The position numbers and the translations under genes are program-made. Below the pieces are notes generated by a model. It made no database searches, was not told the DNA's origin, and was given only the letters and a program-made list of their open reading frames with translations. From an uncultured Chloroflexaceae bacterium (GTDB lineage: Bacteria; Chloroflexota; Chloroflexia; Chloroflexales; Chloroflexaceae): a stretch of 64,000 nt of DNA. Shown here piece by piece: positions 27,970-38,223 of this stretch. The first letter of the stretch is position 1; the number at the start of each line of letters is the position of its first letter. Location: NCBI GenBank assembly GCA_964575355.1, contig CAZNQP010000007.1, forward strand, positions 5,038-69,037, in the 5' to 3' direction.

Positions 27970-30738
27970 ATGGCACGCAAGGTACCTGACCTGCTGCGCT
28001 GGCTTGAAGACCACCACGAAGCCCTCGTGACAAACGGGTATGGGGTGGGTAGCACGCGCCCTGACAGCACCACCGCGCTACAGGCGGCAACGACGATTGC
28101 CCCCGCGTTTGCCGTTGCCGAGCATTTGTATCAGGCACTGCTGGCGGGTGCCGCCCACCACCACGACCAGATGCAGACGACATTGCGCGAACTGACCCAC
28201 CGTACCGCGCGGACTGCCGCCGAACTACACGACATGATAGCCTTGGTGCAGCATATCCGCCAGAGCAGTATCACGCTCCTTCAGCAGGGCAACCTTGATG
28301 CCGACGCACGCTTCACCCTGCTGCTTGACCTCGACACCCTCCTCGATGAGACCATCGTCTGTGTGACCGACGCGTGGGCAACCACCAGCGAAGCCACCAC
28401 GCAAGCGCAGGTAGCGGATGCCGAGTTTATCGCGGCGGGCACGCACGCGGCACTGGCAGAAGCTGACCAGAGTACCATGAAACTTGCCCTGCTCAATGAC
28501 ATTAGTCGGCGGCTCTCTGCCAGCCTTGAGCAGTCCGACCCGACCGATATTATCACTTTTGTTGGCAGCAAACTGCACGACGTACTCGCGGTGTCACACA
28601 TATCGTTCTGGCTCCCCGTACCCGACGAGCAGCATACCATCCGCATCGAAGCGCATCAGGCGTGGAGCAGCAGTAGCTACGCCCCGGTACCCACCAACTT
28701 TGTGCCGTGCGTGTGCAGCGGCACGCACCCCGACGATTTGCTGCTGACTGCCTACCGCACCGGCTCCGTGCAAGCAACCACCACCCCACTTGATACAGCC
28801 ACACAGGGCGAGTGGTACATTGCCGGGCAGCATGTGCTGGCGATCCCCCTGATGGTAAACGAGCAAGCCACGGGTGTGGTTGCACTGCAAGACGACAGCC
28901 TGAATGAAAAGCTCTCTCTTGCAAGCCGCGACACCCTGCAAACCATCATTACCCAGATGGCAATTGCCCTTGATAATGCACGTCTCTACGGCGAGGTGCA
29001 ACGCTTCAACAGTGACCTAGAGCAACTGGTCACGCAGCGGTCTGGCGAATTAAAAGCCGAGAAAGAACGCCTCGAAACCCTTTACATGGTTGCATCGGAA
29101 GTCAGTAGTACACTTGACCTCGATAGCTTGCTCAACCGCTCGTTGCAGGTGCTCGCAAGCATGATCGGCGTGCATTACGGGTCTATTATGCTGCTCGACC
29201 TCGAAACCGAGCACCTTGTGCCCCGCGCCAAACTGGGCGGCACCCCACCCGATCCCAACGCCTTCAATGGCTTTCCGCTGGGGCACGGCGTAGCAGGCTG
29301 GGTTGCCCGCCACAAAGAACCCGCCCTGATTGGCGATGTGACCGTAGACGAACGCTGGGTACCGGGGATGTTCGAGGAGGTGACCACCCAGACCAAACGC
29401 GCTGGCTCGATGCTGGCAGTGCCGCTGATCGCGCACGACGAACGGCTCGGTGTCCTAACACTGTCCCACGAAGAAAGCCATTTCTTCCACGATGGGCACC
29501 TACGCCTGATGATGGCGAGTGCGGGGACAATCGCCATGGGCATTTACAATGCCCGCATGTACAACACGATTTTGGACAGCGTCGAGCAACGGAGCGAGCG
29601 TCTGCGCAAGCAGCAGTTTGAAACCAGCACCATCAATGCCATTCTGCAAAGCCTCGCGGATGGTGTGATTGTGTGCGACATTGACGGCTCCATCCTTACC
29701 GCCAACCCGGCAGGTGCGACGATCCTCAACCGCCCCGTCGAGACGCTCATCCTTGCGAACATGCACGACCTGCTGCCCGAACTGCTGATGGGGCGCGTGG
29801 ATGCCATGCCACTGGATGACCTGTTGCAACGCCCCACCGACAGCCGGGACAACCCGCGCATGTTTGAGTATACCCTGCAACAGACGCTCCGCACGATCAA
29901 GCTCTTGCTCGGTCCGGTGCTGCGCGAGGACGGCGAACTGGTGGGGGCACTGCTGACCCTGCGCGACATCTCGCGTGAGACCGAAGCCGACCGCCTGAAG
30001 AGCGAGTTCATTGGTACGATGTCGCACGAACTGCGTACCCCCATGACCTCGATCAAGGGCTTCACGCAACTGCTGGCAATGGGCGGGCTGGGTCCACTCA
30101 ACGATACCCAGCGCGAGTTTGTGCAGACCATCCAGACAAACGCAGAGCGGATGATTTCGCTGATCAACGACGTGATGGAACTCAACAAGATTGAGTCGGG
30201 CAATATCCAGCTTGAGTTCCGCCCACTCCACCTTGCCGAGGTGCTCAGTGGGGTGGTGAGTGAGGTACAGCAACTTGCCACCAAGCGCGACATCGCCCTT
30301 GATCTGGAGATCCCCCCCGGTCTGCCGCTGGTGTATGCCGACGCGACCCGGCTGCATCAGGTGCTCTACAACTTGCTCTCGAATGCGGTGAAGTATACCC
30401 CCGGTGGCGGGGCGGTGCGGGTCGTCGCGCACGAAACCCACGGCGAAGACCTGCCGCCAACGATCCGCGACCGCGTGATTGCCGACCGCCGCTACACCCA
30501 GATAGACGTACAAGACACCGGGGTGGGCATTGCACCCGCAGACCTTGGGCGCATCTTCGACCGCTTCTACCGCACCGAGAATGCCCTCAAGGTGGAGGCA
30601 GGTGGCACCGGGCTGGGGCTGTCGCTCGCCCGCCCCCTGATCCAGATGCAAGGCGGGAGTATCTGGGCTGAAAGCGAAGAAGGTGTGGGGTCTACCTTCA
30701 GCTTTATTCTGCCTGCGGTAGACCAGACCCCGCGCTAA
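27970..30738 (+). CDS. cytoplasmic multi-domain sensor histidine kinase (N-terminal helical domain, 2 GAF-like, PAS, HisKA, HATPase_c)
   Basis: H-box FIGTMSHELRTPMTSI, N-box LLSNAVKYT, DTGVGI, GGTGLGLS. No TM segments seen. Confidence 0.92.
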   Translation: MARKVPDLLRWLEDHHEALVTNGYGVGSTRPDSTTALQAATTIAPAFAVAEHLYQALLAGAAHHHDQMQTTLRELTHRTARTAAELHDMIALVQHIRQSSITLLQQGNLDADARFTLLLDLDTLLDETIVCVTDAWATTSEATTQAQVADAEFIAAGTHAALAEADQSTMKLALLNDISRRLSASLEQSDPTDIITFVGSKLHDVLAVSHISFWLPVPDEQHTIRIEAHQAWSSSSYAPVPTNFVPCVCSGTHPDDLLLTAYRTGSVQATTTPLDTATQGEWYIAGQHVLAIPLMVNEQATGVVALQDDSLNEKLSLASRDTLQTIITQMAIALDNARLYGEVQRFNSDLEQLVTQRSGELKAEKERLETLYMVASEVSSTLDLDSLLNRSLQVLASMIGVHYGSIMLLDLETEHLVPRAKLGGTPPDPNAFNGFPLGHGVAGWVARHKEPALIGDVTVDERWVPGMFEEVTTQTKRAGSMLAVPLIAHDERLGVLTLSHEESHFFHDGHLRLMMASAGTIAMGIYNARMYNTILDSVEQRSERLRKQQFETSTINAILQSLADGVIVCDIDGSILTANPAGATILNRPVETLILANMHDLLPELLMGRVDAMPLDDLLQRPTDSRDNPRMFEYTLQQTLRTIKLLLGPVLREDGELVGALLTLRDISRETEADRLKSEFIGTMSHELRTPMTSIKGFTQLLAMGGLGPLNDTQREFVQTIQTNAERMISLINDVMELNKIESGNIQLEFRPLHLAEVLSGVVSEVQQLATKRDIALDLEIPPGLPLVYADATRLHQVLYNLLSNAVKYTPGGGAVRVVAHETHGEDLPPTIRDRVIADRRYTQIDVQDTGVGIAPADLGRIFDRFYRTENALKVEAGGTGLGLSLARPLIQMQGGSIWAESEEGVGSTFSFILPAVDQTPR

Positions 30739-31618
30739 TGCGCCACAACTCCTGCGCGACAGCATCCCACTCGGTCGTACTCAAAGTCTCGGCACGGCGC
30801 GTGCCCGCCACACCTGCTGCTGCCAGCACTGCCTGCACCTGCGTGCGGTCGGCGGGTACCCCCATTGCCGCCAGTCCCCCCACCAACCCATTCGCCAGTT
30901 TCTTGCGGGCGTGCAAGAAGCCCGCCTTCACAACCCGGAGCATTGCTTCGGGGTGCGCCACCATAGGCGACGGGCGTACCCACAGGCGCATAATCGCCGA
31001 GTCTACGGCGGGGGCGGGCAGAAAGCTGTGTGCTGGCACACGCGCGATCACTTCCGGCTCGGCGTAGACCTGAATGGAATGGGCAAGCACGCTCATGTCG
31101 CCGGGCTGCGCCACAATACGTTGCGCGACTTCCCACTGCACTAGCACCACCAGCAGCACGGGCGGCACACGCGCAGTAAGAAAATGGCGCAGCACGGGCG
31201 AGGTAATCGCGTAGGGCAGGTTGGCGATCACTTTGTAGGGCGGGCAGGCTGTCGGGGCACCATCGGGGCAGACGAGCGTGCGCGGCGCGATGGTAAGAAT
31301 GTCGCCCTGCACCAGCCGTAGCGTGCCACTCCCGCGCAGGGTCTGCTGCTGCTCTTCGAGCAGGCGGGCGTGCAGCCGCTTGTCTAACTCGACTGCGACT
31401 ACCGCCGCGCCGCGTTGCAACAACTCCCACGTCAACACCCCCATGCCCGGTCCCACCTCGACTATCTGCTCACCGGGTTGGAGATTACCAGCAGCGACAA
31501 TCGCCGTGAGTGCGTCGGGGTCTACCAAAAAGTTCTGCCCCATCCCACGGGTCGGGCGCAGGTTGAGCGAACTCAGCACGGCACGCACGCGGGCAGGGGT
31601 CAGGTATGGGTTGTTCAC
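30704..31618 (-). CDS. rsmA: 16S rRNA (adenine1518/1519-N6)-dimethyltransferase
   Basis: GQNFLVD and VEVGPGMGVLT. GTG start overlaps the upstream stop (GTGA). The 3' end overlaps the convergent kinase gene by 35 bp. Confidence 0.93.
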   Translation of the reverse strand: MNNPYLTPARVRAVLSSLNLRPTRGMGQNFLVDPDALTAIVAAGNLQPGEQIVEVGPGMGVLTWELLQRGAAVVAVELDKRLHARLLEEQQQTLRGSGTLRLVQGDILTIAPRTLVCPDGAPTACPPYKVIANLPYAITSPVLRHFLTARVPPVLLVVLVQWEVAQRIVAQPGDMSVLAHSIQVYAEPEVIARVPAHSFLPAPAVDSAIMRLWVRPSPMVAHPEAMLRVVKAGFLHARKKLANGLVGGLAAMGVPADRTQVQAVLAAAGVAGTRRAETLSTTEWDAVAQELWRISAGSGLPQAE

Positions 31619-33399
31619 GCCACGACAGTCGTTTCAAGGGGGACATAGACCGTGACCGTCGTGCCGTTACCGGGCGACGACTGCACATCGGTTACACCGC
31701 CCACCGCCGTGGCGCGGTCAGTCAGGTTTGATAGCCCATACGAGCCACGATCTTTGGCTTGTGTGCGACCCTGTTCCACATCGAAGCCCTTGCCATTGTC
31801 GTGAATGGTCATCGTCAAGCGGTCTTTTTCGCGTACCACCTGCACCGTAATATCGCTTGCTTCGGCATACTTGAGAGCGTTGTTCAGCGACTCTTGGGCA
31901 ATCATCCATAGTGCGCTACGGGCATCGGGGGGCAAGGTCAGCCCCGCGGTACCACGTGCCTCAAAGTGAAACGTCATCTGTTGGTGCGAGATACGGAGCC
32001 GGTCTACATATTCTTGCAGGGCAGCCGGCAAGCCCTTGGTATCAAGGGTGGTCGGCTTCAATTCGCCCAGCAACGTCCGGACATCATGGTTCGCCCGCTT
32101 GTACAAGTCATTCAGCCGCTCCAGTTCTTTGCGGGCTTCGTCGGGTTGGCTGTCCATCTGCTTACGAATAATCTCGGTGTTCATCGTCATCGCCGCGAGC
32201 TTCTGTGCCAGCCCGTCATGGATTTCGCGTGCCAGCCAGTGGCGGGCGCGTTCTTCGGCATGCAGCAGGTCTACCCGCTCCTTGCGCGTTTCGGCGGTCA
32301 GGTCGCTATTGAGCAGGGCAACCGTCCCGAACGTCGCCAGCGTTGCCAATGCCTGACACTGCTCACCCGTCATAACCTTGCCGCCTTTTCGCAACACAAC
32401 CAGTAACCCATACACCTGCATGTTCGCCCGCAACGGCACCAGACAGCCATGCTTGTGATCGCGCACCGTCGAGAGGGTCGCCAACTCCGGGTAGCTACTG
32501 AAGTCGTTCACTGGTTGCGGGGCAGCATCGGGCAAGAACATTGGCATCAACCCACTCGACGCAGCCACGCGCACGATGCCCCCGCGGTCGGTCAGGTTCA
32601 GGTTGTAGCCGTCGGGGATGTGCAACTCGCCGGGCGGTCCCTTCGGCAGCAGCACGAAGCCCGCATCGTAGGGGACGACGCGCGGTCCTTCTGCGAGCAG
32701 AGCCGTGAGCACCCGGTCGCTTTGCAGGTTGGTTGCCAATACCTCACCAACCGCAACGAATGCATTCTGCTGCTTGTCAGTGCTCGCCGCGCCCTTGCTG
32801 CTGCCGCTGGCAAGCACCGATGCTGCCGCCCCTGCTTCGTTGCGTGTGAGCAACGTGCTCGCCACCCCCGCGACGGCTACCAACCCGATCACCTGCACAA
32901 CCAGCGTTGCCCAGCCCTGCGCCCCATCGGGGAAGCCACCCGTCACGATGGTGCCACCCGCATACAGCAGGGCGGCGAGGGCACCCAACCCCAGACTCGT
33001 GACCGGACCGAAGTGTGCCGCCAATGCCATCAATGGCAGCAAGAGGAGCGGAAAGAACAGGGGCACCAGCGTGCTGCTTGCCAGCATGAGCACGAGCAGC
33101 AACACCACATCTACGAGGGGCGCAAACTTAAACAGCGGAGCCATGGGGGGGACAAACAGTGCAATGGTATTGATGAGGGCAAACACCGCAAAGACAATCG
33201 TGGCGATTTGCACCGGATTGGTGATTGCAATGGGGGCGAAGGGCGTGTCGAGCACCAGACGAAACGCCACCACTAGCCCGGCAACCAGCAACCAACGTCC
33301 GATGACATGCACGCCTTCACGGGCAACCAACGCACGCACTGCCCCGCGATAGCCGCGCAGTGCCGGGGTTGCCTCTGTTGTTTCAGTCGTAATGGTCAT
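31615..33399 (-). CDS. membrane sensor histidine kinase (multi-TM N-terminus, GAF, HisKA_3, HATPase_c)
   Basis: ATG at 33399. H-box REIHDGLAQKL (NarX/DegS type), NALKYA, DNGKGF. Confidence 0.9.
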   Translation of the reverse strand: MTITTETTEATPALRGYRGAVRALVAREGVHVIGRWLLVAGLVVAFRLVLDTPFAPIAITNPVQIATIVFAVFALINTIALFVPPMAPLFKFAPLVDVVLLLVLMLASSTLVPLFFPLLLLPLMALAAHFGPVTSLGLGALAALLYAGGTIVTGGFPDGAQGWATLVVQVIGLVAVAGVASTLLTRNEAGAAASVLASGSSKGAASTDKQQNAFVAVGEVLATNLQSDRVLTALLAEGPRVVPYDAGFVLLPKGPPGELHIPDGYNLNLTDRGGIVRVAASSGLMPMFLPDAAPQPVNDFSSYPELATLSTVRDHKHGCLVPLRANMQVYGLLVVLRKGGKVMTGEQCQALATLATFGTVALLNSDLTAETRKERVDLLHAEERARHWLAREIHDGLAQKLAAMTMNTEIIRKQMDSQPDEARKELERLNDLYKRANHDVRTLLGELKPTTLDTKGLPAALQEYVDRLRISHQQMTFHFEARGTAGLTLPPDARSALWMIAQESLNNALKYAEASDITVQVVREKDRLTMTIHDNGKGFDVEQGRTQAKDRGSYGLSNLTDRATAVGGVTDVQSSPGNGTTVTVYVPLETTVVA

Positions 33400-33447
33400 G
33401 CCGTTTGCTCTTCCTGTCCGTTCTGCTTCCACTCGCCCACCACAGCT

Positions 33448-33456
33448 ATTATAACA
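33448..33456 (-). promoter_or_regulatory. extended -10 TGTTATAAT for the membrane histidine kinase gene
   Basis: Minus strand TGTTATAAT, enclosed by a 10-bp perfect inverted repeat GCCCACCACA (33435-33444) / TGTGGTGGGC (33480-33489). Confidence 0.5.
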
Positions 33457-33495
33457 CCGCTATGATACCGCCCCTCTCGTGTGGTGGGCAGCAAT

Positions 33496-33537
33496 GTGCC
33501 CCGGCACGGTGCCCCCCGGCACGGTGCCCCCCGGCAC
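33496..33537. repeat. three tandem GTGCC-N(2-4)-GGCAC palindromes
   Basis: 33496-33507, 33509-33522 and 33524-33537. Adjacent units also form GGCAC-g-GTGCC palindromes. Confidence 0.9.
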
Positions 33538-33541
33538 GGAA

Positions 33542-33573
33542 ATGCCCCGCCTGCACGTCGGCAGGCAGGGCAT
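33542..33573 (-). terminator. 13-bp-stem hairpin 24 nt downstream of mdh
   Basis: ATGCCCCGCCTGC / GCAGGCAGGGCAT. The single non-Watson-Crick position is G-U only on the minus (mdh) transcript. Weak U-tail (UUU). Confidence 0.5.
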
Positions 33574-33596
33574 CGGGAGTAGCACACACAGACGGG

Positions 33597-35385
<1,789 letters not shown>

Positions 35386-35408
35386 CCCGACCCACGAAAG
35401 GGGACATT

Positions 35409-36179
35409 GTGGTAACAATCGCCGAGATACAGGCATGGGCATACGCGGCGGGCGACATTGCGCGCCATTACTTCGGGCGAGCCACCGCCACCCGTAAAGC
35501 CGACAACAGTTTCGTCACGCAGGCAGACACCGAGATCGAGCAGATGCTCCGCGAGCGTATCACGACGACCTACCCCGACCACGGCATGCTGGGGGAAGAA
35601 CACGGTGCCTACCAGCTAGACCGCCCGTATGTGTGGGTGGTAGACCCGATAGACGGCACTGCCAGCTTCGTGGCGGGCTTGCCAGTGTGGGGCATTGCGA
35701 TTGGGTTGCTCCACCACGGCACCCCGGCGATGGGCGTGTTCTATCTTCCCGTCACCAACGAATGCTACTGGAGCGACGGTGCGGGGCGTGCCTTCTGCAA
35801 TGACCACCCGCTCACCGTCAGCGACCCGCCCAGCTTCGATAGCGAACACGGCATACTGGTGCCCTCCGAAGCACACCGCCGCTACCACATTGATTTCCTT
35901 GGCAAAACCCGCTCGACGGGCAGTTCGGCGGCACACTGTTGCTTCGTCGCCAACGGTGGACATATCGCGGCACTGCTGGGGTATGCCCACCTGTGGGACA
36001 TCGCCGCCGTGATGCCGATTGTCGCGGGGGCAGGTGGCACCATGCAGATGCTCAACGGCGACCCGCCCGATGCGCGTACCCTGCTGCACGCGCCCACCGT
36101 GCCATCGCCCGTGCTGGTGGGCGCACCCGCCGTCATCGAGCGGCTACGCCCCCACATTGCCCAACTCCCACTGGCATAG
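35409..36179 (+). CDS. inositol monophosphatase family protein
   Basis: GEE and WVVDPIDGTASF motifs. 256 aa. GTG start. Confidence 0.88.
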   Translation: MVTIAEIQAWAYAAGDIARHYFGRATATRKADNSFVTQADTEIEQMLRERITTTYPDHGMLGEEHGAYQLDRPYVWVVDPIDGTASFVAGLPVWGIAIGLLHHGTPAMGVFYLPVTNECYWSDGAGRAFCNDHPLTVSDPPSFDSEHGILVPSEAHRRYHIDFLGKTRSTGSSAAHCCFVANGGHIAALLGYAHLWDIAAVMPIVAGAGGTMQMLNGDPPDARTLLHAPTVPSPVLVGAPAVIERLRPHIAQLPLA

Positions 36180-36180
36180 G

Positions 36181-36260
36181 CGGGCATTAGCCCTGCCCCT
36201 TGCCTTGCTCGCGCACGAGGCGGGCGTTAGCCCTGCCCCTTGCCTTGCTCGCGCACGAAG
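36181..36260. repeat. 40-bp tandem duplication (2 copies, 38/40 identical) spanning the dinB-family stop codon
   Basis: 36181-36220 versus 36221-36260. The copy at 36221-36260 contains the last 10 sense codons plus TAA of the minus-strand gene. The other copy fills the convergent spacer. Confidence 0.9.
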
Positions 36261-36736
36261 AAGTGAAAGTCAATCCAACCCGGCGAGTGCCCGAACGAAG
36301 TCAGCATTGCGGCTATCTCACTGTGGTGCTGCATACTATGCAACAGCAGTTGCATAAACCCCTGCCAACACTGCAAGGCGTGCTGGTTGCCCGCCGTGTC
36401 GGTGTAGCGCACCATGCCCGCGAGGTCTTCGGGGGACAGCGTGGCGGCATAGGCAAGCATCGCCTGCCGCTCCGCATCCCAAAAGGCGTGCAGGGCGGCG
36501 AGGTCGGCAAAGTCGTCGCCAGTGTGCAGGCGGCTGGGCGAGGTGCCCGACTGAAGCCGTTGCCGCCACACCCACCGCGCACTGCACGTGTGCGCCAGCG
36601 TGTTGTACAGCGTCCCAAAGCTGTGTCCAGTATCCTGCTGCAACTGTTCGGGCGATACCTGCGTTGCTTGGGCAAACAACCGGGTATCCACCCAATAGCT
36701 ATAATCAAGCAACTGACGGATTTCGGCAGGCTGCAT
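36227..36736 (-). CDS. DinB/YfiT-family metal-dependent protein (not the polymerase)
   Basis: ATG at 36736, 6 nt after AAGGAG. Four-helix DinB-like pattern with His residues (LAHTCSA...LLLHSMQHHSE). Confidence 0.8.
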   Translation of the reverse strand: MQPAEIRQLLDYSYWVDTRLFAQATQVSPEQLQQDTGHSFGTLYNTLAHTCSARWVWRQRLQSGTSPSRLHTGDDFADLAALHAFWDAERQAMLAYAATLSPEDLAGMVRYTDTAGNQHALQCWQGFMQLLLHSMQHHSEIAAMLTSFGHSPGWIDFHFFVREQGKGQG

Positions 36737-36758
36737 ACAGTTCTCCTTGCTTCCTTCT

Positions 36759-36782
36759 TGCCTAGTACCTTGCCTAGTACGA
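36759..36782. repeat. 12-bp perfect tandem duplication CTTGCCTAGTAC x2
   Basis: 36759-36770 and 36771-36782, just upstream of the dinB-family SD on the minus strand. Confidence 0.9.
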
Positions 36783-36885
36783 GTGTTCATCACGCCCTAG
36801 TTGTGCAGGCGGTCGCGTCGCCGCCCGTGGGCGCACGGTGCGCCCGGTGGCACTATTGTACGCGATAGACGCACGCAACGGTTGC

Positions 36886-36914
36886 TTGACACCCCGTGCT
36901 GCCAAATCTATACT
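36886..36914 (+). promoter_or_regulatory. sigma70 promoter TTGACA-17-TATACT upstream of the aminotransferase
   Basis: -35 at 36886-36891, -10 at 36909-36914, about 73 nt before the ATG at 36988. Confidence 0.65.
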
Positions 36915-36987
36915 GGCAACAGCATAAGACCGAAAGCAACCGCCGCGCAACGCACACCACAGCACTAGCGGCAGAGAGGACAGCACG

Positions 36988-38223
36988 ATGAGCAGTGTGG
37001 TAGAGCACTACCCGTTGAGTAGCCGGATGGCACGCTTGCAGCCATCTGCAACCGTTGGTCTGCTCGCACGGGTCAAACAGATGAAGACCGACGGCTTGCC
37101 CGTTATTTCGTTCGGGCAGGGCGAACCTGACTTTCCGACACCGATACCGATCAAGGTTGCGGCGTTCGAGGCTATCGAGCGCAACCAGACCAAGTATACC
37201 CCGGCGGGCGGCACCCCCGAATTGCGCGAACGCATCGCGGCACGCCTCGCTGCCGACACTGGGGTGACGTATAGCGTCGCGCAAATTACCGTGACCAACG
37301 GCGTGAAAGAAGCCTTGTTTTTGCTCTTCCAAGCGATCTGTGAGGCAGGCGATGAGGTGATTATTCCCGCCCCCTACTGGGTAAGTTATGTCGAGCAGGT
37401 GAACGTGGCAGGCGCAACGCCGGTGGTGGTGGCTGCCAGCGAAGCCCACAACTTCAAGCTGACCGCCGCCGAACTTGCCGCCGCCCTGACCCCGGCAACC
37501 CGTGCTTTCGTGCTGACTACACCGAGCAACCCGACCGGGGCGGTCTACACTGCCGACGAACTCGCGGCACTCGCCGACGTGCTGCGCCAGCACCAGCAGG
37601 CACACGGCAGCATGCCCTACATCATCACCGACGAAATCTACGATGGCGTGTGTTACATCCCCTATGCACGCTGGCTGTGCGTCGCACCCGACCTTGCGCC
37701 CTACACGCTGGTGCTCAACGGGCTGTCGAAGACCTTCGCCATGACGGGTTGGCGCATTGGCTACCTTGCGGGGGCGCAACCTGTGGTTGCGGCGGTGCGT
37801 TCGCTTCAGAGCCATTCGACTACGCACCCGTCGTCTATCTCGCAATATGCTGCCATTGCCGCCTACACCCCCTCAACCGAACTTACTGCCACCGTGACGG
37901 GGATGGTGAGGGCATTCCAGCAACGGCGCGACCTCGTGCTCGCCGCGCTAGCAGACATCCCCGGCGTGACCTGCACCGTGCCCGACGGCGCGTTCTATGT
38001 CTTCCCGAATGTGCAGGGCTTGTTGGGCACACCGCTTGCCGATGGCACCGTTGTGCAGTCCAGCTTCGCGCTCGCCGACTACCTCCTCAACACGGCGTAC
38101 ATCGCTTTTGTCCCCGGCGAGGCATTTGGGGCGGCGGGCTATGTCCGCATTGCGTATGCCCAAAGCGAAGCCCAACTGACCGAAGGCATGCAACGCTTCC
38201 GGCAGGCGGTGGTGGGTGCATAA
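36988..38223 (+). CDS. class I pyridoxal-phosphate aminotransferase (aspartate aminotransferase-like)
   Basis: SKTFAMTGWRIGY (PLP Lys), NP.NPTG. 411 aa. Confidence 0.9.
   Translation: MSSVVEHYPLSSRMARLQPSATVGLLARVKQMKTDGLPVISFGQGEPDFPTPIPIKVAAFEAIERNQTKYTPAGGTPELRERIAARLAADTGVTYSVAQITVTNGVKEALFLLFQAICEAGDEVIIPAPYWVSYVEQVNVAGATPVVVAASEAHNFKLTAAELAAALTPATRAFVLTTPSNPTGAVYTADELAALADVLRQHQQAHGSMPYIITDEIYDGVCYIPYARWLCVAPDLAPYTLVLNGLSKTFAMTGWRIGYLAGAQPVVAAVRSLQSHSTTHPSSISQYAAIAAYTPSTELTATVTGMVRAFQQRRDLVLAALADIPGVTCTVPDGAFYVFPNVQGLLGTPLADGTVVQSSFALADYLLNTAYIAFVPGEAFGAAGYVRIAYAQSEAQLTEGMQRFRQAVVGA

Noticed and set aside
30704-30738. 35-bp convergent overlap of the histidine kinase and rsmA 3' ends, and the shared CTAG double stop at 56092-56095, as antisense regulatory devices.
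   Set aside because: Short 3' overlaps are common in compact G+C-rich genomes. No additional structure or motif supports a specific mechanism.
33496-33537. Tandem repeats (also 4205-4384, 10321-10401, 36181-36260, 53112-53151) as possible CRISPR arrays.
   Set aside because: The units are contiguous with no unique spacers, there are only 2-9 copies, several are inside coding sequence, and there are no cas genes.
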